64,000 nucleotides of DNA from contig OY762428.1 of assembly GCA_963665665.1 (NCBI GenBank), positions 5,344,001-5,408,000 of the forward strand. Direction: 5' to 3'. A program made the position numbers and the translations under genes. Shown in pieces: positions 38,706 through 49,648 of the stretch. How positions within the stretch are numbered: the first letter of the stretch is position 1; each line of letters opens with the position of its first letter. Source of the stretch: Candidatus Kapaibacterium sp. GTDB lineage: Bacteria; Bacteroidota; Ignavibacteria; Kapaibacteriales; UBA2268. The notes beneath the pieces were generated by a model that saw nothing but the letters and a program-made list of their open reading frames with translations, was not told the DNA's origin and did not search any database.

Positions 38706-39275
38706 ATTCGAATACCTTCACAATATTACATTATTAAAAAAATTGTTTCCGAAACTTTTAGTCAATATTCCTGACTCTTCAACTCGCCCGCTTATGTAAA
38801 ATTTATATGCCATAAATTTTGACTACCGATAGAGTCAGAGCCAGTCAGGGTTTTATTATTTTTAGCCCTGATTAAATATTCTCAGTTGCGAAAATATTAT
38901 TTTCAATATCGAAAAAGCCGTAAACTGTCGGGAGTATTTCCAGGCCTATTGGTCGGTTAAAACAAACTGTTTATCATCAGGCGTGAAGATAAGAAAAAAG
39001 ATAAAAGAAGAAAAATTTAATTAAGTATATGGAAAATTATAGTATTTTACCCTTTGCAGGTTGGTTTATTATTTCAATTATTACCGTTATGAAAAACAAA
39101 ATAAACTTTGGAAACAAATTCAGCAAAAGTTACCGGCTATAGCCAGAGGATTTTCATCCTAATTTTATTTGTGACAACTCTCATTTCTCTCCGTTTTGGA
39201 AATTTGAGTATCACGAATAACAATCCTGATGGCTGAATAAAAATAGTACTGAAATATTTACTATTCATGAGCAAT

Positions 39276-39328
39276 AATATCCCCTGCCTTAAGCAAATCT
39301 CCCTGCTACAACCATTGCAGGGGATATT
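39276..39328. terminator. Hairpin downstream of the HAD gene
   Basis: AATATCCCCTGC ... GCAGGGGATATT inverted repeat. Confidence 0.55.
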
Positions 39329-39339
39329 TTATTCGGGGT

Positions 39340-40026
39340 TTAATCCAGGTATGATATGAATTCTTCAAAATTGTTATAATCATTAACAACCCTGCTGGCA
39401 CCAAGCGATCTAAGCTTTCCGTTTCCCTCGTGGTCCACACCTACAAAATCTATTCCAAGCATATTGGATGAAAGAAAATCCCATTCTCCGTCGCCAACAT
39501 ATATTATCTTCTCAAAGCACTCAAGCCCATAGCGGCTTTTTGCTTTATTAATCAAATCACTGATAATATCTTTTCTTTGCCCGTGTATATCAGATGAACC
39601 AAGAAGAACAGGATTGTGATGAACACCAGCAGCCCTGAGTTTTACTTTAGCTGAATCCGACCAGCTTCCGGTGGCTATACCTACAAGGTTGTTTTCATTG
39701 TTCATCAGATTCCGGAGAATTTCAGACGCTCCGGGTACCTGTGCAAACTCATTAGGCTGCCTGCGATGAGCATTAGCAAGCCTTGTAACAAAATCTTTCC
39801 TGAAATATTCTCTTTCTTTTTTGGTCGGGAACCTTCCAAATTTATCATGAACGATTTCATCAAGGATAGCACTGTCTGTTCCGCTTGTTTTCGCTTTTAC
39901 AGCCTCCCAGTCAATTAATTTCGGATCAATGTCAAATACTTCCATCATGCTTTCCCCGAAACATAGATCGTCAATAGCTACTGTTTTCGTCAGAGTCCCG
40001 TCAATATCAAAAATTACGAACTTCAT
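39340..40026 (-). CDS. HAD-superfamily hydrolase
   Basis: Motif I FDIDGTL, motif II ATG, motif IV YVGDGEWD. Confidence 0.92.
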   Translation of the reverse strand: MKFVIFDIDGTLTKTVAIDDLCFGESMMEVFDIDPKLIDWEAVKAKTSGTDSAILDEIVHDKFGRFPTKKEREYFRKDFVTRLANAHRRQPNEFAQVPGASEILRNLMNNENNLVGIATGSWSDSAKVKLRAAGVHHNPVLLGSSDIHGQRKDIISDLINKAKSRYGLECFEKIIYVGDGEWDFLSSNMLGIDFVGVDHEGNGKLRSLGASRVVNDYNNFEEFISYLD

Positions 40027-40333
40027 TTTTTCAAACCCCCTTTATTAAGATGACAATATTTGGAATCGAAAATCATTACAGATTCAAAAATAAGCGCCTA
40101 TTGTAAACTTATATTAAAGGTTTAGTGAATAAAGTATAAATAATTGATATTTTTTCCACACGGGGATATCAACTAAAGCAACGGATCATTTAGTGGTAGT
40201 TTTTAAAAAAGCTGAAAAACAAACACAGATCAGATAATGCTAAGAGGTTACATATCATACTGTTATTTGAGATTACATCAGGGGTATAGATTATACATTT
40301 TTTGGTGCTTGTAATCTGAGTTACAGAAAAAAA

Positions 40334-40352
40334 AGCCCCGGAATTCGGGGCT
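40334..40352 (-). terminator. Intrinsic terminator after the GerW-like gene
   Basis: AGCCCCG-GAATT-CGGGGCT with a T-run on the minus strand. Confidence 0.8.
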
Positions 40353-40377
40353 ACACGGTTTGATAAAAAGAGAAAAT

Positions 40378-40755
40378 CTATTCGTTTGGGTTGTCGTTTT
40401 CTTTGTCTTTGTTTTTCATGTCCATCATTTTTTCAACCATTCCCGGCATCTTTTCGAAAAGACTGGCAAAGCTGTTTCCTTTGCCAACGTTCATGATTGA
40501 TATCTGATCATCCTTTGTTACCAGGAAAGCAATTGGTTCGCATGAAAGGCCGCCACCTGCACCGCCTGATGCCCCTTTGCCGCGTTTAGGCGAATCTCCG
40601 CTTGCACCGCCATGGCCAAAACCAAAAGATACTTTAATAATCGGTACACAGGAGTAATCTCCAAGTTGGAACTGCTGGCCGATAACGGTTTCAGTAGTTG
40701 CAATTTTTTTCATTTCTTCAAGCATTTTTTTTGCGGTTTCTTCAAAGTTTGTCAT
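40378..40755 (-). CDS. GerW/YtfJ family protein
   Basis: TETVIG...VPIIKVSFGFGxGG...GGAGGG...PIAFLV. Confidence 0.88.
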   Translation of the reverse strand: MTNFEETAKKMLEEMKKIATTETVIGQQFQLGDYSCVPIIKVSFGFGHGGASGDSPKRGKGASGGAGGGLSCEPIAFLVTKDDQISIMNVGKGNSFASLFEKMPGMVEKMMDMKNKDKENDNPNE

Positions 40756-40774
40756 TTTATTCTCCGTTACAAAA

Positions 40775-41353
40775 TTATTTTAAATATTTTCTTACCCTGA
40801 AATATGATCCTGCAATAACAGGAATTAACGATCCAATTCTGAAATAAAAACTTGTTGAAATAAATCTACGGCCAGTGAAATTTATACAAATATTAATCTT
40901 TTCTGTTGATAGATACGAAAAAAGAGGAATTAAGTTTCCGTTTACAAAGAAATTATTTGTATCAAAATCAATATCCATATATTTAATCCTGAACTTACCA
41001 GTCAGCCTTTTTATTGCTTTCAGCAACAATTCAAGGATATCCCTGATATTATATGCATTTATACGGCCACTACCTTTTGAGAATTTATTTTTTTCTTTCT
41101 TCATTTCTGCTAACTTATTGGGTGATCTTCTTTTTTTATTTATATCAGCTAAATTAATATCTTTTCGAAAAAATAAAAACTTAAATCGTACTGAACCCAA
41201 TTCATTATCGGGATAAAAATCCAAATTTATTATCCCCCCGGCTTTGATAAGATATTTATCTTCATCACTGTCAATTAAAAAAACAATTCGCATAAACAGT
41301 AAAAATGCCAGAATTAACAAGATAACCAGGAATATAATAAAAATAATCAGCAT
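40775..41353 (-). CDS. Membrane-anchored basic protein (DUF2953-like, the usual neighbour of ytfJ)
   Basis: N-terminal TM segment, Lys-rich linker and position directly upstream of the GerW/YtfJ gene. Confidence 0.6.
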   Translation of the reverse strand: MLIIFIIFLVILLILAFLLFMRIVFLIDSDEDKYLIKAGGIINLDFYPDNELGSVRFKFLFFRKDINLADINKKRRSPNKLAEMKKEKNKFSKGSGRINAYNIRDILELLLKAIKRLTGKFRIKYMDIDFDTNNFFVNGNLIPLFSYLSTEKINICINFTGRRFISTSFYFRIGSLIPVIAGSYFRVRKYLK

Positions 41354-41363
41354 TGTATTTCAT

Positions 41364-42632
41364 TCAATCGTTTAGTACAATTCTTGGAAAATCATCAAAG
41401 AATGAAGGATAAGATTTTGTAACTGATTCACTTCCGTTAATAGTAACCGGAGATTTAGCATTCAAAGCAGCCACAGCAAGTGCCATAGCTATCCTATGAT
41501 CTCCATGGGAATCAACTTCTCCTCCGCTCAGATCAGAGGGATAAATAAGCATATTATCATCTTTTATTTCTATTTTTCCTCCAAGTTTGGCAAATTCCTC
41601 TTGTAATGCCATTGCACGATTACTTTCCTTATGGATAAGCCGCCCCGCCCCTTTGATTACAGAAATGCCTTCACAATTAAATGCAAGCGCAACCAGAGGA
41701 GGAAACAGGTCGGGACAATCAGTGGCATCAAATTGAAAAGGATTCAATTCATACCTGGCAATTTTTAAAGAATTATTTTTAAAGCTAAAATTAGCCCCGG
41801 CAAGTTTCAGTACTCTGAGTATAGCTTTGTCTGCCTGGCTGGAGTTAATATCAAGCCCGTTTATTACCATATCCCCGGCTATTGCACCTGCCACAGCCAT
41901 AAATGCAGCTCCGCTCCAGTCAGCTTCCACTTTCATTTCCCCTGAAATATACTTTTGGCCACCGGGAATAAAATAACTATAGTTTTTATCAATGATATTA
42001 ATCGAGAATTTTTCCAATGTTCTGATTGTCATTTCAATATAAGGCTTACTTACAAGCCCGGATACTTCAATACTTGAATCATACCTGAGCAGAGGGAGGA
42101 AAGTAAGCAAACCACTTAAAAACTGTGATCCCTGAGAAGCATTTAATTTAAGGCCTGTTCCTGCTTCAGGCAAGCGTACTTTTTTCAAATAGAATGGCGG
42201 AAAACAGGCACTGTCGGAATAATCAATTCCTAAATTATTCAACACATTTATATCATAGTTTACCGGACGCTTTAAAAGGCTGCCATTGGCATTTACCCGG
42301 ATTTGTTCAGCTATATTAAGCGCCAGCAAAGGAAGCAATCTCATGCATAGGCCTGACTCGCCACAATCAATGGATAGGAATTCTGCAGAATTTTTTATTG
42401 GTGGAACAATTAATAAATGATTTTCGCCGATTTTTATTTCGGAACCAAGGCAGGAAGCAATATTCAGAGCGACGTTGATATCATCAGGCAAAAAATTCAA
42501 AGGCCCTGAAAAAGTAATTTCGGTGTTGTTCTCGGCAAGAATTGCCGATGCAATTAACCTGATAAAATGGCTTTTTGATATAGGTGCGTTTACCCTTCCT
42601 TTAACTGCACCGGGATATATATTGATCTTCAT
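41364..42632 (-). CDS. aroA: 3-phosphoshikimate 1-carboxyvinyltransferase (EPSP synthase)
   Basis: PISKSHFIR, CGESGLCMR, SQFLSGLL, SKPYIEMT, DCPDL, KESNR, DHRIAMA. Confidence 0.96.
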   Translation of the reverse strand: MKINIYPGAVKGRVNAPISKSHFIRLIASAILAENNTEITFSGPLNFLPDDINVALNIASCLGSEIKIGENHLLIVPPIKNSAEFLSIDCGESGLCMRLLPLLALNIAEQIRVNANGSLLKRPVNYDINVLNNLGIDYSDSACFPPFYLKKVRLPEAGTGLKLNASQGSQFLSGLLTFLPLLRYDSSIEVSGLVSKPYIEMTIRTLEKFSINIIDKNYSYFIPGGQKYISGEMKVEADWSGAAFMAVAGAIAGDMVINGLDINSSQADKAILRVLKLAGANFSFKNNSLKIARYELNPFQFDATDCPDLFPPLVALAFNCEGISVIKGAGRLIHKESNRAMALQEEFAKLGGKIEIKDDNMLIYPSDLSGGEVDSHGDHRIAMALAVAALNAKSPVTINGSESVTKSYPSFFDDFPRIVLND

Positions 42633-43017
42633 TTTCTTGCTTTTTTCGTATGATATCAGTTCATATTCTTGCAGTAATACTTACCCATACAATATAAGAT
42701 GATAAAAAAATATAATTATTTTATCTGACGGAATATTTGTCTAATTGTTACAATTTATTAGAATATTCCAAAGCCATTATCGTACATATTATCTGGATTA
42801 TGTTTCATTCGGGGTAGTATTAGCAAAAGATAAATTATTTTGATAATTTTGAAAATGAGATTTTAAAAAATATTTAGCAGGTTATTAATATTGAAATTTT
42901 TATAATTCGTTCGAATCGGATTGTTTCTTATTTCCTGCATAAAAAAGTTAAGACCTTTTTTAATTTATTGTGTTATTGTAAATAGGAAAAGATTTGTTAA
43001 GAAAAAACAGGAAAGTC

Positions 43018-44325
43018 ATGACCGGAAAAAGAAAAGTAATTCTGACATTTTTAATCTGTATAGCTGCTGTTTTAGCAGCAGCTGGCAATTCTTATGCTCA
43101 GGTAGATATTTGGTATGCCAACGGTGAAAAATATTATAACCAGGGAAATTACAATGAAGCGGAAAAATATTTTTCTATGACCCTTGATCACGACCCTAAC
43201 TACTTCCCTGCTGCCTATTTCAGAGGCATGTGCAAACTACTTACCGAAAGATTTGACCTTGCAATCGACGATTTCAGTATGGCAATAAATATCGATCCGT
43301 CGAAAGCAGACCCATACAATAATCGGGGCCTGGCACACGGATATATTGGTAATGTGGAAGCAGCCATTGCTGATTTTGATAAAGCAATTCAAATTGAACC
43401 TGATTTTACACAGGCATATCTGAACAGAGGAAGTGCATATAACGCCTGGTATAACTTTCCAAAAGCACTCGAGGATTTCACAAAGGTAATTCAGTTGGAT
43501 CCAAATAATCCGGCTACATATTATCAACGTGGCCTGATATTTTACAAACAGAAAAAGTTTAAAAAGGCAACCAGGGATTTTTCATCGGCAATTAATAAAG
43601 GATTGAAACACGCTAAGATTTATTTCAACAGGGCAAATTCTTACTTCAAGAGTAAGAAATATAAGGAAGCTGTTGCTGATTACACAGAATCACTAAAACT
43701 TGATCCTAAAGATACCGAAACCCTTAACAACAGGGCTATGGCCTACGAGGAGTGGGGCAAAAAAAGCCTGGCAAAAAAAGACAGAGACAAACTAAATGAA
43801 ATGGCAGGAGGAATTTTCCCTGACCTGAGTGATATTAAATTTAAAAAGTTTATTGATGATAAAAAACTTATGTGGATCAATATGCCTTCTGACTGGCACT
43901 TCCGCACAAGAAGTAACGGAGATGTTAGCGAATTCAAGATAACGCGCGATCAGCTCGATAATTATGATCAATCTTATTCCGTTGGATTATGGCTGCTAAG
44001 GACTGATAATATGTCCAAAAATTACAATGTAAAATCTGAAGCAGACCTTTATCAATTCTGGGAAAAAAATCTTGCTGAAAACGCACGTTATTATAAATCT
44101 TACGACATCTTTGAGCAGAAACAGTTCAGGCGCAACGGATACCAATGCTATCGAAATAAGGTAAGAATACTTATAGACGAATCCATGCTCCCAATCAGAG
44201 TTTATGAATTCGGCGCTATTCGTGGCGATGTACTTATTCTTGGTTATTTTCAGGCACCGGAAAGGCAATTCGGATACTATAAAAAGATATTCGATAAGGC
44301 ACTGGACACATTCTTTGCAAAATAG
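43018..44325 (+). CDS. Secreted TPR-repeat protein with a C-terminal PsbP-like/unknown domain
   Basis: Signal peptide; ~7 canonical TPRs (AYxNRG...AIxDFxKAIxLxP); non-TPR C-terminal domain. Confidence 0.85.
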   Translation: MTGKRKVILTFLICIAAVLAAAGNSYAQVDIWYANGEKYYNQGNYNEAEKYFSMTLDHDPNYFPAAYFRGMCKLLTERFDLAIDDFSMAINIDPSKADPYNNRGLAHGYIGNVEAAIADFDKAIQIEPDFTQAYLNRGSAYNAWYNFPKALEDFTKVIQLDPNNPATYYQRGLIFYKQKKFKKATRDFSSAINKGLKHAKIYFNRANSYFKSKKYKEAVADYTESLKLDPKDTETLNNRAMAYEEWGKKSLAKKDRDKLNEMAGGIFPDLSDIKFKKFIDDKKLMWINMPSDWHFRTRSNGDVSEFKITRDQLDNYDQSYSVGLWLLRTDNMSKNYNVKSEADLYQFWEKNLAENARYYKSYDIFEQKQFRRNGYQCYRNKVRILIDESMLPIRVYEFGAIRGDVLILGYFQAPERQFGYYKKIFDKALDTFFAK

Positions 44326-44340
44326 AGATCAAAGCATAAA

Positions 44341-44383
44341 AAAAATTCCATCCGAAATAATGAATAAATCGGATGGAATTTTT
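44341..44383. terminator. Bidirectional terminator between convergent genes
   Basis: AAAAATTCCATCCGA / TCGGATGGAATTTTT. Confidence 0.8.
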
Positions 44384-44395
44384 TTATAAATTTTA

Positions 44396-45625
44396 TTATT
44401 CGTATCTAAGAGCCTCGATGGGATCAAGTTTTGCAGCTTTCCAGGCCGGATAAGCGCCAAAAAGCACTCCTATTACCATACAGATCAGCAAGCTGATAAA
44501 AAACCATGTAAAAGAGAAATAAATATTCAAACCTACTGCCGAACTAAGGCCGCCACCGGCGATAACTCCCAATGCTATTCCAAAAAGTCCGCCAATCTGT
44601 GTTAGCGTAATAGATTCAACGATAAACTGCCCGAGAATCCAGGACCTTTTAGCCCCAACAGCTTTGCGAATACCTATCTCGCGGGTTCTTTCCTTTACTG
44701 AAACAAGCATCATATTCATAATGCCAACACCGGCAGCGATCAGGGCTATGAAGCCACAAACAAATCCGAAATAGGCCAGATAATTTGTAAATGTTGAAAA
44801 CTGGCTGCTTAATGATTCATTGGTTTCCACCTCGAATGAATTTTCCTGCCAGGGTTTTACATTTCTTATAGTCCGCAATGCGCCAATAGCTTCATCCATT
44901 GTGGGCATAAGGGCTTCCCTGCTCGGAGCTTTAACAATAATGGTCAATGATTCATTCCAACGGTTCCCGTGATATTTTAAGAACATAGGTATCGGAATTA
45001 TTAATTTATTGTCCTGGCTTTGCCCAAGTACAGCTCCTTTTTCCTCGAGTACTCCTATAACTTTGTATGCCTGATTGCCGATAATAATTTCCTTACCAAC
45101 AGGATTCAAAGCCGGAAAAAGCTTTACCTTAACATCATTGCCGATAATAACCACCTGTTTGTTCAACTCCAGATCTTCGCGTGTAAAAACCCTTCCGTCA
45201 GTAAGGTTATCCGCAGACAGGTTGAGATAATTTTCATCAGAACCGATAACCTGAACATCCGGATCAGTTGAAAAATTATCATATTTGATAGTTACTCCGC
45301 TGGTAGCGACAAATCCGCTGATCTTATCGGTAATTGTCATCCTGTCCTTCAATTCCTGATACTGGGAATAGCTGATAGCTTTTCTTTTACGATATTTCCT
45401 CCAGGTATTTCCCATCTGAATATTTGGAAGGCGCATGAAATAAAAAGTATTTTCCCCGATTTCATCAAGCTGTGCATCGATTGATTTGTTCATAGAATCA
45501 ATCAGGGTTCCGGCAAACATAATTGCAAAAACTCCTATAGCAACACTTATCAGTGTGAGAGATGCTCTCAGCTTGTAATCCTTAATCGAATTAAGGGCAA
45601 TTAAAATACTTTCAGTAATATTCAT
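44396..45625 (-). CDS. MacB-type ABC transporter permease
   Basis: GVGIMNMMLVSVKERTREIGIRKAVGA; PAWKAAKLDPIEALRYE. Confidence 0.95.
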   Translation of the reverse strand: MNITESILIALNSIKDYKLRASLTLISVAIGVFAIMFAGTLIDSMNKSIDAQLDEIGENTFYFMRLPNIQMGNTWRKYRKRKAISYSQYQELKDRMTITDKISGFVATSGVTIKYDNFSTDPDVQVIGSDENYLNLSADNLTDGRVFTREDLELNKQVVIIGNDVKVKLFPALNPVGKEIIIGNQAYKVIGVLEEKGAVLGQSQDNKLIIPIPMFLKYHGNRWNESLTIIVKAPSREALMPTMDEAIGALRTIRNVKPWQENSFEVETNESLSSQFSTFTNYLAYFGFVCGFIALIAAGVGIMNMMLVSVKERTREIGIRKAVGAKRSWILGQFIVESITLTQIGGLFGIALGVIAGGGLSSAVGLNIYFSFTWFFISLLICMVIGVLFGAYPAWKAAKLDPIEALRYE

Positions 45626-45646
45626 ATTTTAGCCTATTTTCCTTAA

Positions 45647-46900
45647 CTATTCGTAACGTAAAGCATCTACAGGATCCAGCTGCGCTGCCCTGTAGGCAGG
45701 GATCAGCCCTGCAAGCACACCGACAAAAACAGATACAAGAGTTGCGATAACAAACATATTTGCCGGCAGAATTTTCGGTAAGAAATCAATATCTTCCGAT
45801 AGCTGCTGAATTCCAAATGCAATAAATATCACTATGATAGAACATATAATAAACGATATCACAGCACCGAAAAAACAAAGGCTTACAGATTCCATAATAA
45901 ACTGAAATAGAATGGCTGACTTCTTAGCGCCAATGGCCTTTCTAATTCCGATTTCCTTGGTTCTTTCCGTAACCGAAACAAACATGATATTCATAATACC
46001 GATAATTCCAACAAGGAATGACAAAGCAGTAAAGCCAAGCCCTATTCCCCACACTATCTGCTGAAATGTTTCAATTGTCGCAGCAAAAGCTTTGGATTCA
46101 TTTATCGAAAAATCATCTTCATCAGCAGGATGAACATTTCTTATTTCACGCATTAAACCTCTTGTTTCGGCCCTTACCGGATCGAGGTTTGCTTCGTTCC
46201 CTGCTTTTACTGCAATTGAAATACTTCTGTCATGCTTTCCAAAATGTCCAATGAAGGTATTTAATGGTATAAAGCATAGATTATCAACAAAATCAACAAA
46301 AAGCATACCCCGCTTTTCAATAAATCCTATCACTGTATATTTACGTCCGCTGATTTTAATTTTCTTGCCAATTCCGTTTCCCTTAGGAAACAATGTCTCG
46401 TAAACTTTGAACCCGAGTACTACTACATTTTGATTATTAATATCCTCGAATTCAGAAAAAAAACGGCCTTCCTGAACAGCACCAGCCGGAGTCAGTGCAT
46501 AAGTTGCCCTTGTACCCTGAACACTCATTCCTTCGAAATTTTCGCCGTTATACTTTATTTTTGTTCCCCACTGCCTGGCAAGAGGGATGGCAAGTTCTGC
46601 GGATTTGATCCTTGATGCGAAATCCTCGGCCTGGTTCAGAGTAATATTTTTTCTTTGCCGTACTTCCTTCCAGCTTTTTCCACCGGCCCAGTCCCATTTA
46701 TCAACATAAAGCATGTCCACGCCGATAATATTGAATGTCTTATCAAGAACCAGGTCAAGGCCGTTCAGCATATAACCCATCAGTATAACAGTTGAGATGC
46801 CTATTACCACGCCAAAAGATGCCAGTATCGACCTGGATTTGTTAGCAAGAAGAGATTCAATCACCTGCCGCCAGTTTTCTATGATAGCAGAAAAATTCAT
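45647..46900 (-). CDS. MacB-type ABC transporter permease
   Basis: GIMNIMFVSVTERTKEIGIRKAIGA; PAYRAAQLDPVDALRYE. Confidence 0.95.
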   Translation of the reverse strand: MNFSAIIENWRQVIESLLANKSRSILASFGVVIGISTVILMGYMLNGLDLVLDKTFNIIGVDMLYVDKWDWAGGKSWKEVRQRKNITLNQAEDFASRIKSAELAIPLARQWGTKIKYNGENFEGMSVQGTRATYALTPAGAVQEGRFFSEFEDINNQNVVVLGFKVYETLFPKGNGIGKKIKISGRKYTVIGFIEKRGMLFVDFVDNLCFIPLNTFIGHFGKHDRSISIAVKAGNEANLDPVRAETRGLMREIRNVHPADEDDFSINESKAFAATIETFQQIVWGIGLGFTALSFLVGIIGIMNIMFVSVTERTKEIGIRKAIGAKKSAILFQFIMESVSLCFFGAVISFIICSIIVIFIAFGIQQLSEDIDFLPKILPANMFVIATLVSVFVGVLAGLIPAYRAAQLDPVDALRYE

Positions 46901-46910
46901 TTATCGGCCT

Positions 46911-47645
46911 TTAATTTATATTCGCGGCTACTACCTGGTTTTCGTTTATCACATCACTTTCAATCAGACCGTCTCTAAGCCTGATTATCCTTTTAGCATG
47001 AAGAGCAATTTCTTCCTCATGAGTTACAAGGATCACCGTATTCCCGGCTTTCCAAAGCCTGTTGAATAGTGCCATTATTTCCTCTCCGGTTTTCGTATCA
47101 AGATTTCCCGTAGGCTCATCTGCCAATATTATTGCCGGGTTGGTAACAAGAGCTCTTGCAACAGCTACTCTCTGCCTCTGTCCACCGGACAGTTCGTTAG
47201 GTTTATGTGTCATCCTGTCGCCAAGGCCCACATCTGTTAATACCTTGGACGCCACATCATGCCTTTTCGATGCAGATACCCCGGAATAAACCAGCGGTAA
47301 TTCAACATTTTTCAGAGCTGTGGAACGTGCAAGCAGGTTGAAAGTCTGGAATACAAATCCTATCTCCCTGTTCCTGATAGAAGCGAGGTCATTATCAGTC
47401 ATCATTCCAACATTTTCCCCCTTGAAATGATAGTTGCCAAAAGTTGGAGTATCAAGACATCCAAGCAGGTTCATCAGGGTTGATTTACCTGATCCGGAAG
47501 GCCCCATTATCGCAACATATTCATTTGGAAAGAGTTTAAGGCTGACATCCCGGAGAGCAAAAACCTTTTCCTGCCCCATTTGATATATTTTGGCAATATT
47601 TTCAATATCAATAATTGGTGTTCCGTTATTACTGTTATCTGGCAT
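46911..47645 (-). CDS. MacB/LolD-type ABC transporter ATP-binding protein
   Basis: Walker [32 protein letters not shown]. Confidence 0.97.
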   Translation of the reverse strand: MPDNSNNGTPIIDIENIAKIYQMGQEKVFALRDVSLKLFPNEYVAIMGPSGSGKSTLMNLLGCLDTPTFGNYHFKGENVGMMTDNDLASIRNREIGFVFQTFNLLARSTALKNVELPLVYSGVSASKRHDVASKVLTDVGLGDRMTHKPNELSGGQRQRVAVARALVTNPAIILADEPTGNLDTKTGEEIMALFNRLWKAGNTVILVTHEEEIALHAKRIIRLRDGLIESDVINENQVVAANIN

Positions 47646-47660
47646 TTTAATAATTCCGAT

Positions 47661-48944
47661 TTATTTAGTTTTATTTCCGTATTTTCTTCTGACAGAATCA
47701 ACCTGAATTTGTGAGCCGTCTTTCAGTTCCTTACTAATTGCCATGAAACTTCCACTGACAATAACATCTTTTTCTTTCAGGCCGTCAGTTATTTCAATAT
47801 AACCATCATCGCTAACGCCTGTTTTCACTTCAATCTGTTTTACTTTATTTTTGTCTTTCAAGAATACAACAGACGGCGGCCTTTGCTTTTTAAGGTTCTC
47901 GTTTTCTTCGTCAGCTTTGCTAAATCCACGCTCCTTATTATTAACATCCGGGCTGGATTTCTCCCTGACTGTAACTGCCTGAAGCGGCACGGCAAGAACT
48001 TCGTATCTTGTTTCTGTTTCAATTTCCACGCTACAGCTCATTCCCGGCCTGAGCCTGGCAGCAGGATTCACCAGCCGGATTTTAACTTCAAAGTTCGTTA
48101 CCTGATCCTGAGAACCTAATCCGGATACTTTTGCCGAATGCCCTATTTCAACAACGGTTCCTATGAATACGCTATCCTGAAAGGCATCTATTTCAATTTT
48201 TGCAGTATCGCCAATGTTAACCATCACAATGTCGTTCTCATCAACATCAACAACAGCGTTCATAACTGACAGGTCTGAAATTTTCATTATTTCAGTACCC
48301 TGCATCATTTCAGTACCAACAACTTTCTCGCCTTTTTCCATTGACAGGGATGTTACAATACCCTCGATAGGTGCAAAGATTGTTGTTCTTTCGGCAGAAC
48401 GTTCAATCTGCCTGAACGATGCCTTGGATTGTTCATATCTCGACAGGGATGCTTTATATGAAGATACAGCCTGATCATAAGCCGCCTTTGCCCTGTCAAA
48501 GTCCTGTTTTGAAATAAATTCTTTTTTATAAAGTTCAGTTAATCGTTTCAGATCGGCTCCGGATCGTTCCATTTCAGCCTTTCTGATTTCAATTTCCATT
48601 TTCGAGGCTTCGGAAGCAGCCTTTGAAGCTTCAAGCTGAGTTTCGATAATGTCCGGTTTAATTTTTACCAGAAGCTCGCCGGTTTTTACTGAATCACCTT
48701 CTTTAACACCAAGGTAAATTATTTCGCCGGAAGTTTCGGATGAAATTGCAACTTCTGTTTCGGGTTCTATCCTGCCTATTGCGGAAACAGTTTGAGTAAT
48801 AGTCCTTCTGTCAACTTCCGAAGTAGTTACGGATACTATACTGTTGTTCCCGGAGCTGATAACCCATGCCACAGCGAGAACCGCAAGAACAATGATTATT
48901 GAAATAATTAGTATCAGTCTCTTATTAGATTTTTTCCCACTCAT
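47661..48944 (-). CDS. MacA-type periplasmic adaptor (membrane fusion protein)
   Basis: N-terminal TM segment, lipoyl halves (VKEGDSVKTGELL; IFAPIEG), hairpin coiled coil, LRPGMS. Confidence 0.95.
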   Translation of the reverse strand: MSGKKSNKRLILIISIIIVLAVLAVAWVISSGNNSIVSVTTSEVDRRTITQTVSAIGRIEPETEVAISSETSGEIIYLGVKEGDSVKTGELLVKIKPDIIETQLEASKAASEASKMEIEIRKAEMERSGADLKRLTELYKKEFISKQDFDRAKAAYDQAVSSYKASLSRYEQSKASFRQIERSAERTTIFAPIEGIVTSLSMEKGEKVVGTEMMQGTEIMKISDLSVMNAVVDVDENDIVMVNIGDTAKIEIDAFQDSVFIGTVVEIGHSAKVSGLGSQDQVTNFEVKIRLVNPAARLRPGMSCSVEIETETRYEVLAVPLQAVTVREKSSPDVNNKERGFSKADEENENLKKQRPPSVVFLKDKNKVKQIEVKTGVSDDGYIEITDGLKEKDVIVSGSFMAISKELKDGSQIQVDSVRRKYGNKTK

Positions 48945-48952
48945 TAAAACAC

Positions 48953-49636
48953 CTATTTATTTTGAGTATTGTTAATATCGGATTGATGATAAACTGCCGT
49001 TCCTGCAATCATATCATGTATTGCCTGTCTTCTTTGACCCAACACGAAAAAACAACCAATTATTACTATCAGGTTCAAAAATGAAGAAGCAACATTGATA
49101 AAACTTAAAACAAGCAATAAGGCCAGGCCATCAAGAATATAATTGACATGTTTTACTACAAATCTAAGTAATAAATCTCTGGTTCTGGCTTCGGTTCTGT
49201 CATCCTTTGCAATCTTAATTCCGAGAATCATTTTTCCGGGAGTTCTTGCAAATACGATTTCAAGGGAATAGTAGATAATTGCCAGAACTATCAATAGTGG
49301 AGCAACCGAACGCTGAAAATCCTCCATCACATCCTGATTTACAATATCCTGCAATGTCAGGTATTGGAACTGGTCAACTATATCGAAAGCAAACATAAAA
49401 ATAAAAAGCAGCACCATGAAAAACAGGAAATCCAGAATATAGGCACCAAGCCTTTTGCCGAAACCTACCCGGAAGGGATAAGGCCCCTGGAAGGCCATTT
49501 GGTTCATCATCTGGAAATATTTTGCTTTCTCCTGTTCGTCCATTTCAGCAAAACAATCCCTGCAAATTCCGGGAACTGCATAATCTCTTTGATCTGCTAG
49601 TGTTTTACCGCATTTATCGCATTTATATTCCTGCAT
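48953..49636 (-). CDS. RDD family membrane protein with an N-terminal zinc ribbon
   Basis: CDKC...CRDC; KRLGAYILD, TPGKMILGIKI, RQAIHDMIAGT. Confidence 0.88.
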   Translation of the reverse strand: MQEYKCDKCGKTLADQRDYAVPGICRDCFAEMDEQEKAKYFQMMNQMAFQGPYPFRVGFGKRLGAYILDFLFFMVLLFIFMFAFDIVDQFQYLTLQDIVNQDVMEDFQRSVAPLLIVLAIIYYSLEIVFARTPGKMILGIKIAKDDRTEARTRDLLLRFVVKHVNYILDGLALLLVLSFINVASSFLNLIVIIGCFFVLGQRRQAIHDMIAGTAVYHQSDINNTQNK

Positions 49637-49648
49637 TTTTTTCTCCGT

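Noticed and set aside
40378-41353. Sporulation capability from the GerW/YtfJ gene
   Set aside because: The family occurs widely in non-sporulating bacteria and archaea, and no other sporulation genes are present.
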